Made by a program: the position numbers and the translations under genes. Below, piece after piece: positions 1-8,732 of a stretch of DNA of 36,774 nucleotides; the stretch's first letter is position 1, and each line of letters starts with the position of its first letter. The DNA is taken from positions 1-36,774 of the forward strand of contig JBBQFV010000003.1 in assembly GCA_038322405.1 (NCBI GenBank). The letters are read 5' to 3'. This DNA comes from Patescibacteria group bacterium. Lineage in GTDB: Bacteria; Patescibacteriota; UBA1384; CAILIB01. The notes beneath the pieces are model-generated. The model searched no databases and was not told the origin of the DNA. It saw only the letters and a list, made by a program, of their open reading frames with translations.

Positions 1-220
1 TCACGGCTCAGTTACTAAAACCACTAGCACCACCCTTCCACCATATGGCGTTGTGAGCGTGGATGAAACAATTGCGAGCGGTGTGATTCAACCGGGGGTA
101 AAGACTGACCTTGGCAACGTGCTGCCCTATTTGGCCCGCCGCAATGTGACGCTGTTCATGGTGGCGCCTGTCCCTACCTACCATGCGGGGGTGATGTATA
201 TTATTTTCCGCACCATCTGA
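1..220 (+). CDS. 3' end of a hypothetical protein (partial)
   Basis: Frame 2 is open from position 2 to TGA 218-220 (HGSVTKTT...YIIFRTI*); the next ATG follows at 222. Confidence 0.7.
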   Translation, partial: HGSVTKTTSTTLPPYGVVSVDETIASGVIQPGVKTDLGNVLPYLARRNVTLFMVAPVPTYHAGVMYIIFRTI

Positions 221-221
221 C

Positions 222-620
222 ATGAGACGCTCTACCTCCTTTGCTATCGTCTTGACCTGCAGCGTGATAGCTTCGGTGTTGCTGAGCAACATGTTTTTGT
301 TTGCTTCCGAAAGTTCAAGCCAAAAAATTACCATTGTGGCGACGGTACAGCCATTGCGCAGCATTGTGGTGGATAACAACTTTACTATCCAAAAAATTTA
401 CAGCAACACGAGCCAGGATGTCCGGCCAGTGGTGCTCGAAAACGCTTTAGACGGTTCGGAAATTGGCTATACCAATGCCATACGTGACCAATACGAGCAA
501 TTAAAGCCCAGCCTTAATTTTGCCCAGCCAGGCCTAGTCTACGAACGGGACAATAGACCAATCCAAGCGCTTATTAAGCGGGTTGCCGGCTTTATTACCC
601 ATTTGTTCTCATTCTTGTAA
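222..620 (+). CDS. Hypothetical exported/membrane-anchored protein, 132 aa
   Basis: Basic N-terminus plus hydrophobic signal/TM segment; coupled to the upstream ORF. Confidence 0.75.
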   Translation: MRRSTSFAIVLTCSVIASVLLSNMFLFASESSSQKITIVATVQPLRSIVVDNNFTIQKIYSNTSQDVRPVVLENALDGSEIGYTNAIRDQYEQLKPSLNFAQPGLVYERDNRPIQALIKRVAGFITHLFSFL

Positions 621-649
621 AAAAATGCCGCCCGCGAATGCGGTGCGGC
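619..649 (-). terminator. Intrinsic terminator for the minus-strand small ORF
   Basis: GC-rich stem 627-635/640-649 with a 1-nt bulge, followed on the minus strand by a 7-U run (A619-625). Confidence 0.7.
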
Positions 650-657
650 CAGGAAGG

Positions 658-807
658 CTAAAAGCCATTGGAGCCTTTCAGTTGGGTGTCATGGGAGTTT
701 AGGGATTTTTTTTGAAGTGAAATACCTGCAGCTAATGCCAAGGCAAAAAGGGCGGCGACAAGCGTAATAAGGATAATGGTGTCCTTGGGTCGGGAGAGTT
801 TTTTCAA
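658..807 (-). CDS. Small single-pass membrane protein, 49 aa (MKKLSRPKDTIILITLVAALFALALAAGISLQKKSLNSHDTQLKGSNGF)
   Basis: TTG start at 807, TAG at 660-658; basic N-terminus and ~20-aa hydrophobic helix; flanked by a near-consensus promoter and a terminator. Confidence 0.65.
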   Translation of the reverse strand: MKKLSRPKDTIILITLVAALFALALAAGISLQKKSLNSHDTQLKGSNGF

Positions 808-816
808 AGTAGTCAG

Positions 817-845
817 AATATACCTAAAAATGCCCAATTTGTCAA
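817..845 (-). promoter_or_regulatory. sigma70-type promoter TTGACA-17-TATATT
   Basis: -35 at 845-840, -10 at 822-817 on the minus strand. Confidence 0.75.
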
Positions 846-985
846 TCCACCGAGTATGAAAATGTATGACTATTTGTAGTCCGAATTCGTTAATCTATTC
901 GAAAAAAAGCCTGGTTTATTAACCAGGTAGGGATCGACTAGCGGGATATTAATTTTGGAATAGGAAACAGAAAGAGGCCTTAAGT

Positions 986-1051
986 TTAGAGTATACGAGG
1001 GAAAAACGTTGTCAAGCTTACTCGTATACTCTAAGTTGGACAACGTTTTTC
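986..1051. repeat. Two interleaved perfect inverted repeats (A-B-A'-B')
   Basis: TTAGAGTATACGAG 986-999 / CTCGTATACTCTAA 1021-1034 (14 bp); GAAAAACGTTGTC 1001-1013 / GACAACGTTTTTC 1039-1051 (13 bp). Confidence 0.9.
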
Positions 1052-1075
1052 TAGACGAACAAACGCCGAACCTGG

Positions 1076-1104
1076 TTGACACTAATTAAAATCACGCAGA
1101 AAAT
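1076..1104 (+). promoter_or_regulatory. Putative dcw (mraZ) promoter TTGACA-17-GAAAAT
   Basis: Perfect -35 at 1076-1081, 17-nt spacer, -10-like GAAAAT 1099-1104; directly upstream of the MraZ boxes. Confidence 0.6.
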
Positions 1105-1112
1105 AGACTCCT

Positions 1113-1137
1113 GTGGTCCAGGGTGGGGCAAAGTGGG
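1113..1137 (+). promoter_or_regulatory. MraZ-binding direct repeats (three GTGG at 10-bp period)
   Basis: GTGG at 1113, 1123 and 1133 in the mraZ leader; matches the known MraZ operator architecture. Confidence 0.8.
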
Positions 1138-1164
1138 TCACGCTAATAAACAAGTGTTCTGGAT

Positions 1165-1596
1165 ATGTTCATCGGTGAACACCGACATTCTATTGATGAC
1201 AAAGGACGTATCCAGGTTCCTGTTAAGTGGCGTGGCCAGTTGGCCGAGGGAGCCGTTGTGACCAAGGGGTCTGATGGCTCACTCAAGCTGTATCCTGCCA
1301 GTCTCTGGCAGGATATCGCTGCTGATCTCAGTAACCTTCCCCAAAGTCAGCCAGCAGCCAGGGCATATGTCCGGCAAACGCTCGCAGGCGCAGTGGATCT
1401 CGAACCAGATAAGCTTGGCCGGTTTGTCATTCCGTCGTACCTACGACAGTTTGCTTCACTGGGTAAGGAAACAGTTCTGGCGGGACTCGCGGACCATATC
1501 GAACTTTGGGACGTAAAGGCTTGGGAGAAGTACAACGATAGCATCGACACTACCTCTAAAGAATACGTCCAAACACTTACCGATATTGGCATTTAG
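1165..1596 (+). CDS. mraZ: Transcriptional regulator MraZ
   Basis: Two MraZ repeats (IDDKGRI, PDKLGRFVIP), 143 aa, first gene of the dcw cluster. Confidence 0.97.
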   Translation: MFIGEHRHSIDDKGRIQVPVKWRGQLAEGAVVTKGSDGSLKLYPASLWQDIAADLSNLPQSQPAARAYVRQTLAGAVDLEPDKLGRFVIPSYLRQFASLGKETVLAGLADHIELWDVKAWEKYNDSIDTTSKEYVQTLTDIGI

Positions 1597-1608
1597 CTGT
1601 TACGAATT

Positions 1609-2019
1609 ATGGGGGCACGTTATTCTCGGACATCTGGCTATACTATTTCCCGACGCACTGCGCCGGCGCGCTCCACGGTACGGACCGTGCAACGCTCAAT
1701 CAAGCTAGGTCCTACAGCGGCAAAAATTATAGGAATTAGCGTTTTGGCAGTCCTTGCCGTGCTTATGCTTATTTCTTCAAGCAAAAGCAGCATCAGTCTG
1801 TATGGTGACAACACTACCCGCCAGACAATCAGTCAAGTAAACCAAGAAATAGAAAACCTCAAAGTCCAAGAAAAAAGGGCCCAGTCGCTTCAGCAAGTGG
1901 AACAGTCGCCGGTAAAGGAAGCAATGGTGCCTTCAACTGATGTACAATTCGTAGAGAAGGGGGATGTGGCTGGGGCATCCACGGCGCAACCTGTGGCGGA
2001 GGCCACGGCACAGCCCTAA
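1609..2019 (+). CDS. ftsL: FtsL-like cell division protein
   Basis: Basic cytoplasmic N-terminus, one TM helix, coiled coil; sits directly before ftsI. Confidence 0.55.
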   Translation: MGARYSRTSGYTISRRTAPARSTVRTVQRSIKLGPTAAKIIGISVLAVLAVLMLISSSKSSISLYGDNTTRQTISQVNQEIENLKVQEKRAQSLQQVEQSPVKEAMVPSTDVQFVEKGDVAGASTAQPVAEATAQP

Positions 2020-2028
2020 ACATTCCGC

Positions 2029-3819
2029 ATGTCACCACGTGTCCGGGTTGGGATCATTGTAAGCATAATGGCAGTCCTCACGGTCACTTTGATCGGGAGG
2101 ATGTTTGTGATTGCGGTGCTCGATCACTCCACCCTTTTTGCTGCGGCTAAGGAGCAGCAGCAAGTGGCACGCGACATTTTGCCGCGCCGCGGTTCAGTCT
2201 ATGTGCAAGACGCTGCCACAGGCACACCTGTCGTGGTAGCGGAGAGCGTGCAAAGGTTTGCCCTTTCCGCCACCCCGGTCAATGTAACCCACAAGCAAGA
2301 CTACGCTGACCTGTTTGCCAGTCTAGGCGGCGGCGATGCCACTAAAATCAAAGCTACCCTCGATAAGAACGGGCAGTATATGGACCCTGCGGTACATGGC
2401 CTTGACCAGCAGCAGGTGCAAGACGTTGCGACTAAAATACTGGCCATCGAGCATACATACCTGCCTAACCAAAAGCCGGTTGCCTTGAACTTCGATTCTA
2501 CCCAAGGCGACGTCATTCAATACTTAGGGGGCACCTTCTTTGTGCGCGAATATGAACGGACCTACCCGGAGGGAGGAATTCTAGGCCAAGTCCTTGGCTT
2601 TGTGAACGACAAGGGCAAAGGCCAGTACGGTTTTGAAAGTGCTTACGATACCCAGCTTAAGGGTTACGCCGGAACGGTAAGCCTGGAAACTGACAGCCGG
2701 GGAACCGCCCTGCAGCAGGTAAACCAGGTTACTGGCCAAGACGGCACGAGCTACGTGCTTACCATCGACAGGAACATTCAAGCCGAAGTAGAGCAGGAGC
2801 TTTCTACGGAGGTACAAAAGGACCAAGCCAAAGCTGGTTCAGTCATTGTGCTGGACCCTAAGACTGGGGGAGTGGTGGCCATGGCCAGTTACCCAACCTA
2901 TAGTCCCGCTGATTTCCGTACCGTTGCTCAGGCCAATTCGGATCTATTCGATAACCCCCCCATTAGCGATGTGTGGGAACCGGGCAGTATTTTTAAGCCG
3001 CTCATTATGAGCGCTGCGCTTGACCAAGGAGTTGTCACTCCCGTGACAGCAGGGGACTTTGCCGAAAACGTAGTGGTAGATGGTTACAAGATTAATACAG
3101 CCCTCTTAAAGTCCTACGGCCACGAAACCATGACTGACGTGCTGGTGAATTCGGACAATGTGGCCATGGTGTGGCTAGGTAACAAAATGGGCAGCGACCT
3201 GATGGGTGAGTATATCCGTAAATTTGGCTTTGGCAGTTTGACTGGCATCGACTTGAAAGGGGAGACAACTGGCAAAGTGGTAGACCCAGCCAAGTGGAGC
3301 AATGTCCTACAGGCTACGACCACCTTTGGTCAAGGGATTGCCGTAACGCCAATCCAAATTGCCACTGCCTACGCCGCAATTGCTAATAATGGCCTAGAGC
3401 CAGTGCCGCACTTGGTACAAGGCAGTATGAATGCAAAAGGTACCGAAACGCTCAACCCAATTGCTCCAGGTTCCCAAGTCCTTAAGCCAGAAACAGCTGC
3501 CACCATGCGCAACATGTTGACCGCCGTCGTGGTGCACAATCACAAAAGAGCTGGCGTAGATGGTTACAAAGTAGGAGGAAAAACTGGTACTGCCCAGGTT
3601 CCAGACCCAGTAAATGGTGGATACTTGGCCAATGTGTATAACCACTCGTTTGTGGGTATGGCTCCGGCCGACGATCCTAAATTTGTCATGTTGGTAAAAG
3701 TTGACCAGCCGAACTCGGATACTGCAGGTGAATTTGCCGAATCTACTGCAGTACCGCTTTTTGGGCGCTTGGCTAGCTTCCTGCTACACTACTACCAAGT
3801 GCCACCTACCAATAAGTAG
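2029..3819 (+). CDS. ftsI: Class B penicillin-binding protein (FtsI/PBP2 family)
   Basis: N-terminal TM, dimerisation domain, SxxK (EPGSIFK), SDN and KTGT motifs. Confidence 0.93.
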   Translation: MSPRVRVGIIVSIMAVLTVTLIGRMFVIAVLDHSTLFAAAKEQQQVARDILPRRGSVYVQDAATGTPVVVAESVQRFALSATPVNVTHKQDYADLFASLGGGDATKIKATLDKNGQYMDPAVHGLDQQQVQDVATKILAIEHTYLPNQKPVALNFDSTQGDVIQYLGGTFFVREYERTYPEGGILGQVLGFVNDKGKGQYGFESAYDTQLKGYAGTVSLETDSRGTALQQVNQVTGQDGTSYVLTIDRNIQAEVEQELSTEVQKDQAKAGSVIVLDPKTGGVVAMASYPTYSPADFRTVAQANSDLFDNPPISDVWEPGSIFKPLIMSAALDQGVVTPVTAGDFAENVVVDGYKINTALLKSYGHETMTDVLVNSDNVAMVWLGNKMGSDLMGEYIRKFGFGSLTGIDLKGETTGKVVDPAKWSNVLQATTTFGQGIAVTPIQIATAYAAIANNGLEPVPHLVQGSMNAKGTETLNPIAPGSQVLKPETAATMRNMLTAVVVHNHKRAGVDGYKVGGKTGTAQVPDPVNGGYLANVYNHSFVGMAPADDPKFVMLVKVDQPNSDTAGEFAESTAVPLFGRLASFLLHYYQVPPTNK

Positions 3820-3821
3820 AT

Positions 3822-5099
3822 ATGAAAGCCACGATTCGCCAATTTGTGCTTACGCTCATGTGGGGGGCGGTGAAGCGGCGTTACCGGGCAGAGGACCCGT
3901 ATGTCATTGCGGTGTGCGGGAGTGTGGGCAAAACATCGGCAAAAGAAGCAATTGCTATCATGCTTGAGACGGCGGGTAAGCCAGTGGTAAAGACAGTAGG
4001 GAACCTGGCAACCGATACGGGTATTCCATTGTCTCTCCTAGGGTTTACCGAGCAAGTGAAAGGCCTTTCGGCCTGGCTTAAGGTTATGGCCCGCTCCAGT
4101 TCGGCAGTATTCACTAAGCCAAAGGGACGCCCTTACTGGGTGCTGGAGTTTTCTTCGGACAAACCGGGCGATCACGCTTTTTTAGGTGAACGAATTCCTA
4201 TCGATGTCGCCGTGTTCACCTCTGGTGGCCCGGTACACTTGGAATATTACAAAACCCAAGAAGGCGTGACAGCTGAGCTTGCGGATATCTTAAAGTACCG
4301 CCGGGATGGCGGCTATGTGCTCATTAATGGCGATGATCAGTTTTTGAAAGAAATTGTCTGGCCTGAGCTGACCTATCGCTTTGGCGTTGCGGGACTTACG
4401 AAACATCAAAACAAAGTGGACCTGCGTGGTGCCGCGGTTGCGCTAAAGGTAAAAAACATGACCTGTGAATTGAGTGGTGATGTAAAGCTCACGGCTAATG
4501 TCGCAGTAGTGGGCAAGCAACAATTAGCGCCCTTGGTAGCCGCTGCCTTTATAGGGCACAAGGAAGGCCTGGCGGCGGCCGAAATTAAGAAAGGCCTGGA
4601 GGCGTATCAAGTTCCTGCGGGCCGGGGCAGGCTCATAGATGGCCTTAAAGGCAGCACTATTGTCGATGACTCAGCCAATGCCTCGCCCGAGGCTGCGGTA
4701 GCCGGGGTGGCAATGCTTAAACCTTGGGCCCAGGGCCGCCGCACAGTGGCAATTTTAGGTACTATGAATGAGCTAGGGGATTCGGCGCTTGAAGCCCACC
4801 AGGAGGTAGCGGCGGCGGCGGCTAAGTCGGTCGACTTCTTAGTTGTCCTCGGTCCCTTTGCGCAAGATATGCTCAAGGCGGCCAAAACTGCTGGCATGGC
4901 CAGCCACCGCATGTTGGCCTTCACCACCCCCGAGCAACTGTTTTCCCAACTAGAACAGGTTATCGAGCGGAATGATATTATCTATGTGAAGGCCTCGCAG
5001 AACGGGATGCGCCTGGAGCGCGTGGTAAAACGCCTCATGGCCCACCCTGCCGATGCTCCCAAGTTACTAGTTCGGCAATCTGAATCCTGGCAAGAATAA
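3822..5099 (+). CDS. murF: MurF-type Mur ligase lacking the usual N-terminal domain
   Basis: GSVGKT P-loop, DDSANASP, ILGTMNELG, VKASQ..RLE motifs. Confidence 0.85.
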   Translation: MKATIRQFVLTLMWGAVKRRYRAEDPYVIAVCGSVGKTSAKEAIAIMLETAGKPVVKTVGNLATDTGIPLSLLGFTEQVKGLSAWLKVMARSSSAVFTKPKGRPYWVLEFSSDKPGDHAFLGERIPIDVAVFTSGGPVHLEYYKTQEGVTAELADILKYRRDGGYVLINGDDQFLKEIVWPELTYRFGVAGLTKHQNKVDLRGAAVALKVKNMTCELSGDVKLTANVAVVGKQQLAPLVAAAFIGHKEGLAAAEIKKGLEAYQVPAGRGRLIDGLKGSTIVDDSANASPEAAVAGVAMLKPWAQGRRTVAILGTMNELGDSALEAHQEVAAAAAKSVDFLVVLGPFAQDMLKAAKTAGMASHRMLAFTTPEQLFSQLEQVIERNDIIYVKASQNGMRLERVVKRLMAHPADAPKLLVRQSESWQE

Positions 5100-5107
5100 C
5101 GAAGACT

Positions 5108-6124
5108 ATGGTAGCCCTTACCCTCAACACCCAAGACCTCAAGCAAACCGCCCTCTTTGTGGTGGTCTCGTTTGTCATAGCTATTGTCCTGGCCCCTTTC
5201 CTTACTAATTTCCTCTACAAAAACCGGGTAGGGAAGCGCTTACGCCAACATGGTGTCGATGGCAAAGAGGCGCCAATATTTTCTAAATTGCACGAAAAAA
5301 AATCGGGGACGCCGGTCATGGGAGGACTGCTCTTTTGGGTGACCTCGGCTATTTTAGTGGCTATTTTTCACTTGGACCGTGGGCAAACCTGGCTACCGCT
5401 CTTTGCCCTAGTGGCGGCAGGGGTAATTGGCGCCGTTGACGACATTATGAACGTGCTGGGGAAGGGTCCAAATGGCGGCGGTCTGCGTTTAAAGTATAAG
5501 TTTTGGGTCTATGCCGCCGTGGCCGTTGTGGGGGCCTGGTGGTTCTACAGCAAACTTGGCTTTAGCACGGTAAGCATTCCGGGCCTTGGCAATTATGACA
5601 TTGGCTGGTGGTACATCCCGCTCTTTGTGGGGACTGTCATATTTGTGGCCTTTAGCATGAACCAAACCGACGGTTTGGATGGCCTGGCTGGCGGCGTCGC
5701 CCTGCTCGCCTTCTTTGTGTATACCTTCATTGCGCTCATCCAAGGAAAAATCCACTTGGCAGGCTTTTGCGCTGCCATGCTTGGCTCTCTGCTCGCTTTC
5801 CTGTGGTTCAATATTCACCCCGCCCGCTTTTTCATGGGTGACACCGGCAGCATGGCCCTTGGCATGACTTTGCCAATTTTAGCCTTCCTCACCAATACCG
5901 TCGTGCTCTTGCCGTTCATTTTGTTCATTCCGTTCATTGAAGGCATCTCAACGGTTATCCAGATATTTTCCAAGAAAGTATTTAAACGTAAGGTGTTCTT
6001 GGTTGCGCCAATTCATCATCATTTTGAAGCAATTGGCTGGCCTGAAACCCGAGTAACTATGCGCTTCTGGGTAATTGCGGCAGTCGGCTGTGCTGCCGGC
6101 CTCATGCTAGCCCTCATTCAATGA
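5108..6124 (+). CDS. mraY: Phospho-N-acetylmuramoyl-pentapeptide transferase
   Basis: KSGTPVMGG, DD, TDGLDGL, FMGDTGS, APIHHHFE motifs. Confidence 0.97.
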   Translation: MVALTLNTQDLKQTALFVVVSFVIAIVLAPFLTNFLYKNRVGKRLRQHGVDGKEAPIFSKLHEKKSGTPVMGGLLFWVTSAILVAIFHLDRGQTWLPLFALVAAGVIGAVDDIMNVLGKGPNGGGLRLKYKFWVYAAVAVVGAWWFYSKLGFSTVSIPGLGNYDIGWWYIPLFVGTVIFVAFSMNQTDGLDGLAGGVALLAFFVYTFIALIQGKIHLAGFCAAMLGSLLAFLWFNIHPARFFMGDTGSMALGMTLPILAFLTNTVVLLPFILFIPFIEGISTVIQIFSKKVFKRKVFLVAPIHHHFEAIGWPETRVTMRFWVIAAVGCAAGLMLALIQ

Positions 6125-7554
6125 ATGGATCGAGTGCGCTGCAGGCGCTTCAGGGGAAGCGCATTGGGATTTTGGGATACGGCCTTAACAACGCCAATCT
6201 TGTGTTGTGGCTGCTGCGCCAGGGCCTTAGCCTTACCGTTCGGGACAAAGAGGCCACTGCTCAAGAAAAGTTCAAGCAGGAGCATCCAGAATTTGCTGAA
6301 GTAGTTTGGGAAATCATGCCGGACATTACCGAAAACCTCAATACTTTCGATGTAGTGTTCCGTAGCCCAGGCATGCCTTACTTTCAGCCTGCGTTTGAAA
6401 AGGCAGTACAGGCAGGGATTACGGTTACCTCGCAAACTAAATTGTTTTTTCAATTGGCCCCTTGCGAGATTATCGGTGTGACCGGCTCCAAGGGAAAAGG
6501 GACCACTTCAACGCTCATTGCCAATATATTGACGACTGGTTATACGCGCGGCAAAACCTACTTGGCAGGCAACATTGGCCTCGACCCCTTTTCGTTTATT
6601 GATGACCTTAACGAAGAAGACTTGGTTGTGCTCGAGCTTTCCAGCTTCCAACTGACCGACCTACACATGAGCCCGCAGGTAGCCGTTATGTTGCATGTCA
6701 CTCCTGAGCACCTGGACCATCACGGGGATTTTGCCAAATACCGGGAAGCAAAACGCCAGTTAGTGGCCCACCAGCGGCCGAGTGACCTGGCCATCATCAA
6801 TGCCGAATACCCAGACATGGGGTATTACCTGAGCTCGGCGAACGGCCATGTGCTACGCTACACCCGCAAAACCCCCCAACGCGAAGCGGCCTGGGTGGAA
6901 CACCTTGATACTAAGGAAGTGGTGTTCGTGCAGAGCGGCAATTCCCTTGAGTCTATCGATATTACCGGACGCCAATTGAAAGGTGAACACAATGTGGAAA
7001 ACATTGTACCCGCGATACTTGTCGGCTTGCATCACCGGGTTTCGCCGACCATCATCCAACAAGAAGTAGTTGCCTTCAAAGGCCTAGACCACCGACTCTC
7101 ACTTGTTGGCACCTATAATGGGGTCAGTTTTTACGACGATGGCATTGCCACTACCCCCGAGTCGGCTATTGCCGCCCTCGAGGCATTTCCCGGCCAGCGC
7201 ATTCACCTGCTCATAGGGGGCAAAAGCGGTGGCCAAGACTATACCCTGCTTGTCCACGCTGCTTTGGAGCGGGCGGTGAGTGTTAGTTTCATTCCCGGAA
7301 GTGACACGCCGGCACTGGAAAAACTCTTTAAAAAAGTTGCCAAAAGTCGCACCGACTGTGAGTGTCTCTTGTTAGCGGGAGCAAAAGAGCCGATTATGGA
7401 GACGATACTTTCTGGCATCCATCCCCATCTTCAGCCAGGTGACATTGTAATCCTTTCGCCTGCCGCCAAAAGCTTTGACCATTTCAAAGACTATAAGGAA
7501 CGGAGCGCGAAGTTCATCCACGCAGTAACCGACCGTTACGGATCCCAATCATGA
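6121..7554 (+). CDS. murD: UDP-MurNAc-L-Ala:D-Glu ligase
   Basis: SPG, GVTGSKGKGTT, GNIG, ELSSFQL, EHLDHH, LSPAAKSFD motifs. Confidence 0.96.
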   Translation: MNGSSALQALQGKRIGILGYGLNNANLVLWLLRQGLSLTVRDKEATAQEKFKQEHPEFAEVVWEIMPDITENLNTFDVVFRSPGMPYFQPAFEKAVQAGITVTSQTKLFFQLAPCEIIGVTGSKGKGTTSTLIANILTTGYTRGKTYLAGNIGLDPFSFIDDLNEEDLVVLELSSFQLTDLHMSPQVAVMLHVTPEHLDHHGDFAKYREAKRQLVAHQRPSDLAIINAEYPDMGYYLSSANGHVLRYTRKTPQREAAWVEHLDTKEVVFVQSGNSLESIDITGRQLKGEHNVENIVPAILVGLHHRVSPTIIQQEVVAFKGLDHRLSLVGTYNGVSFYDDGIATTPESAIAALEAFPGQRIHLLIGGKSGGQDYTLLVHAALERAVSVSFIPGSDTPALEKLFKKVAKSRTDCECLLLAGAKEPIMETILSGIHPHLQPGDIVILSPAAKSFDHFKDYKERSAKFIHAVTDRYGSQS

Positions 7555-8732
7555 CCTCGACAGTACTGCGCCGCCAGCGTGCCGACGTGCCTGTTACCGT
7601 GACCGTGGTAGCCATGGTTCTATTTGGTATTGTCATGATTTACTCTGCCTCAGTCATTATTGGCTTGCAGCTCTATGGTGATCCGGAAATTTTCTTTAAG
7701 AAGCAAATATTTTCGGCCATCCTTGGGCTTATGGCCATGATTGTTATGGCTAACATCGACTACAAGGTTTGGGCCAAGTGGGCAGGTTGGATGCTTGGTA
7801 TAACCATTGTCTTGTTGCTCAGCGTGTTCCTGTTCTCGAGAGGGCTAATTAATGGCGCCCACCGTTGGATTGACATTGGGCCGCTTAATTTTCAGCCGTC
7901 GGAGCTCGCCAAGCTTACTTTTCTCATGTATTTGGCTGCTTTTTTGGCTAAACGCCAGGACCGTATGAAAGATATTACCGGCACCTTCCTGCCGTTCATG
8001 GGTGTGCTTGGGCTTGTTTCGTTCTTGCTACTGCGTCAGCCTGATTTTGGAACTATGACAGTGTTCTTTGCCTCAGCCTCCTGCGTGTACTTGGTAGCAG
8101 GCATGACTTGGCAACAATTTGCCCTTGGGGCAGGAACTGTGGGGGTGGCGCTCACAGCCATTTTGGCTGTGCCATATCGGCGCGCCCGCATTTTGACCTT
8201 TTTGAACCCTGGCGATCAAAGCCAAGGAGTTGGTTGGCACATCAAGAATATTACCTATGCTATTGGTTCAGGTGGATGGTTTGGCCTCGGCTTTGGTGCG
8301 AGCGGGCAAAAGCGCCTGTTCCTCCCTGAGCCGCACACTGATTCCATTTTTGCAGTTATTACCGAAGAGCTGGGATTTGTAGTGGCGGCCGTACTCATTT
8401 TGGCTTATATCTTTCTGGCTTATCGCGGCTACCGTATTGCATTGCGCGCGCAAGATACCTTTGGCCGCCTGCTCGCCGTAGGGATTACCAGTTGGTTTGC
8501 CTTCCAAGCCTTTCTCAACTTGGCTTCCATGGGCCACATCATACCTCTCGTGGGTATTCCTCTTCCTTTCATTAGCTACGGTGGTACAAATTTAGTCATT
8601 TCCCTTGCGGCGATTGGTGTGCTCTTAAACATTTCCCGCCAAGGAAGCGACCCGGTTGAAGAAAAGAAGCCTGCCCGCCCCGTTCGTCGCCAGTCAGCTT
8701 CCGCTAGCCGTCCAGTTGCCCGCCGCGCATGA
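7551..8732 (+). CDS. ftsW: SEDS peptidoglycan polymerase FtsW
   Basis: RWI..G..FQPSE, QPDFG, LPEPHTD, PFISYGG motifs. Confidence 0.96.
   Translation: MTSTVLRRQRADVPVTVTVVAMVLFGIVMIYSASVIIGLQLYGDPEIFFKKQIFSAILGLMAMIVMANIDYKVWAKWAGWMLGITIVLLLSVFLFSRGLINGAHRWIDIGPLNFQPSELAKLTFLMYLAAFLAKRQDRMKDITGTFLPFMGVLGLVSFLLLRQPDFGTMTVFFASASCVYLVAGMTWQQFALGAGTVGVALTAILAVPYRRARILTFLNPGDQSQGVGWHIKNITYAIGSGGWFGLGFGASGQKRLFLPEPHTDSIFAVITEELGFVVAAVLILAYIFLAYRGYRIALRAQDTFGRLLAVGITSWFAFQAFLNLASMGHIIPLVGIPLPFISYGGTNLVISLAAIGVLLNISRQGSDPVEEKKPARPVRRQSASASRPVARRA

Noticed and set aside
852-880. Possible dif site (…AAAATGTATG…)
   Set aside because: Only the central hexamer resembles dif; the XerD arm TTATGTTAAAT is absent.
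846-1075. Possible replication origin in the AT-rich intergenic region
   Set aside because: No convincing DnaA boxes and no dnaA/dnaN nearby.
870-1082. 70-aa minus-strand ORF over the inverted repeats
   Set aside because: No recognisable motif or expression signals; overlaps regulatory DNA.
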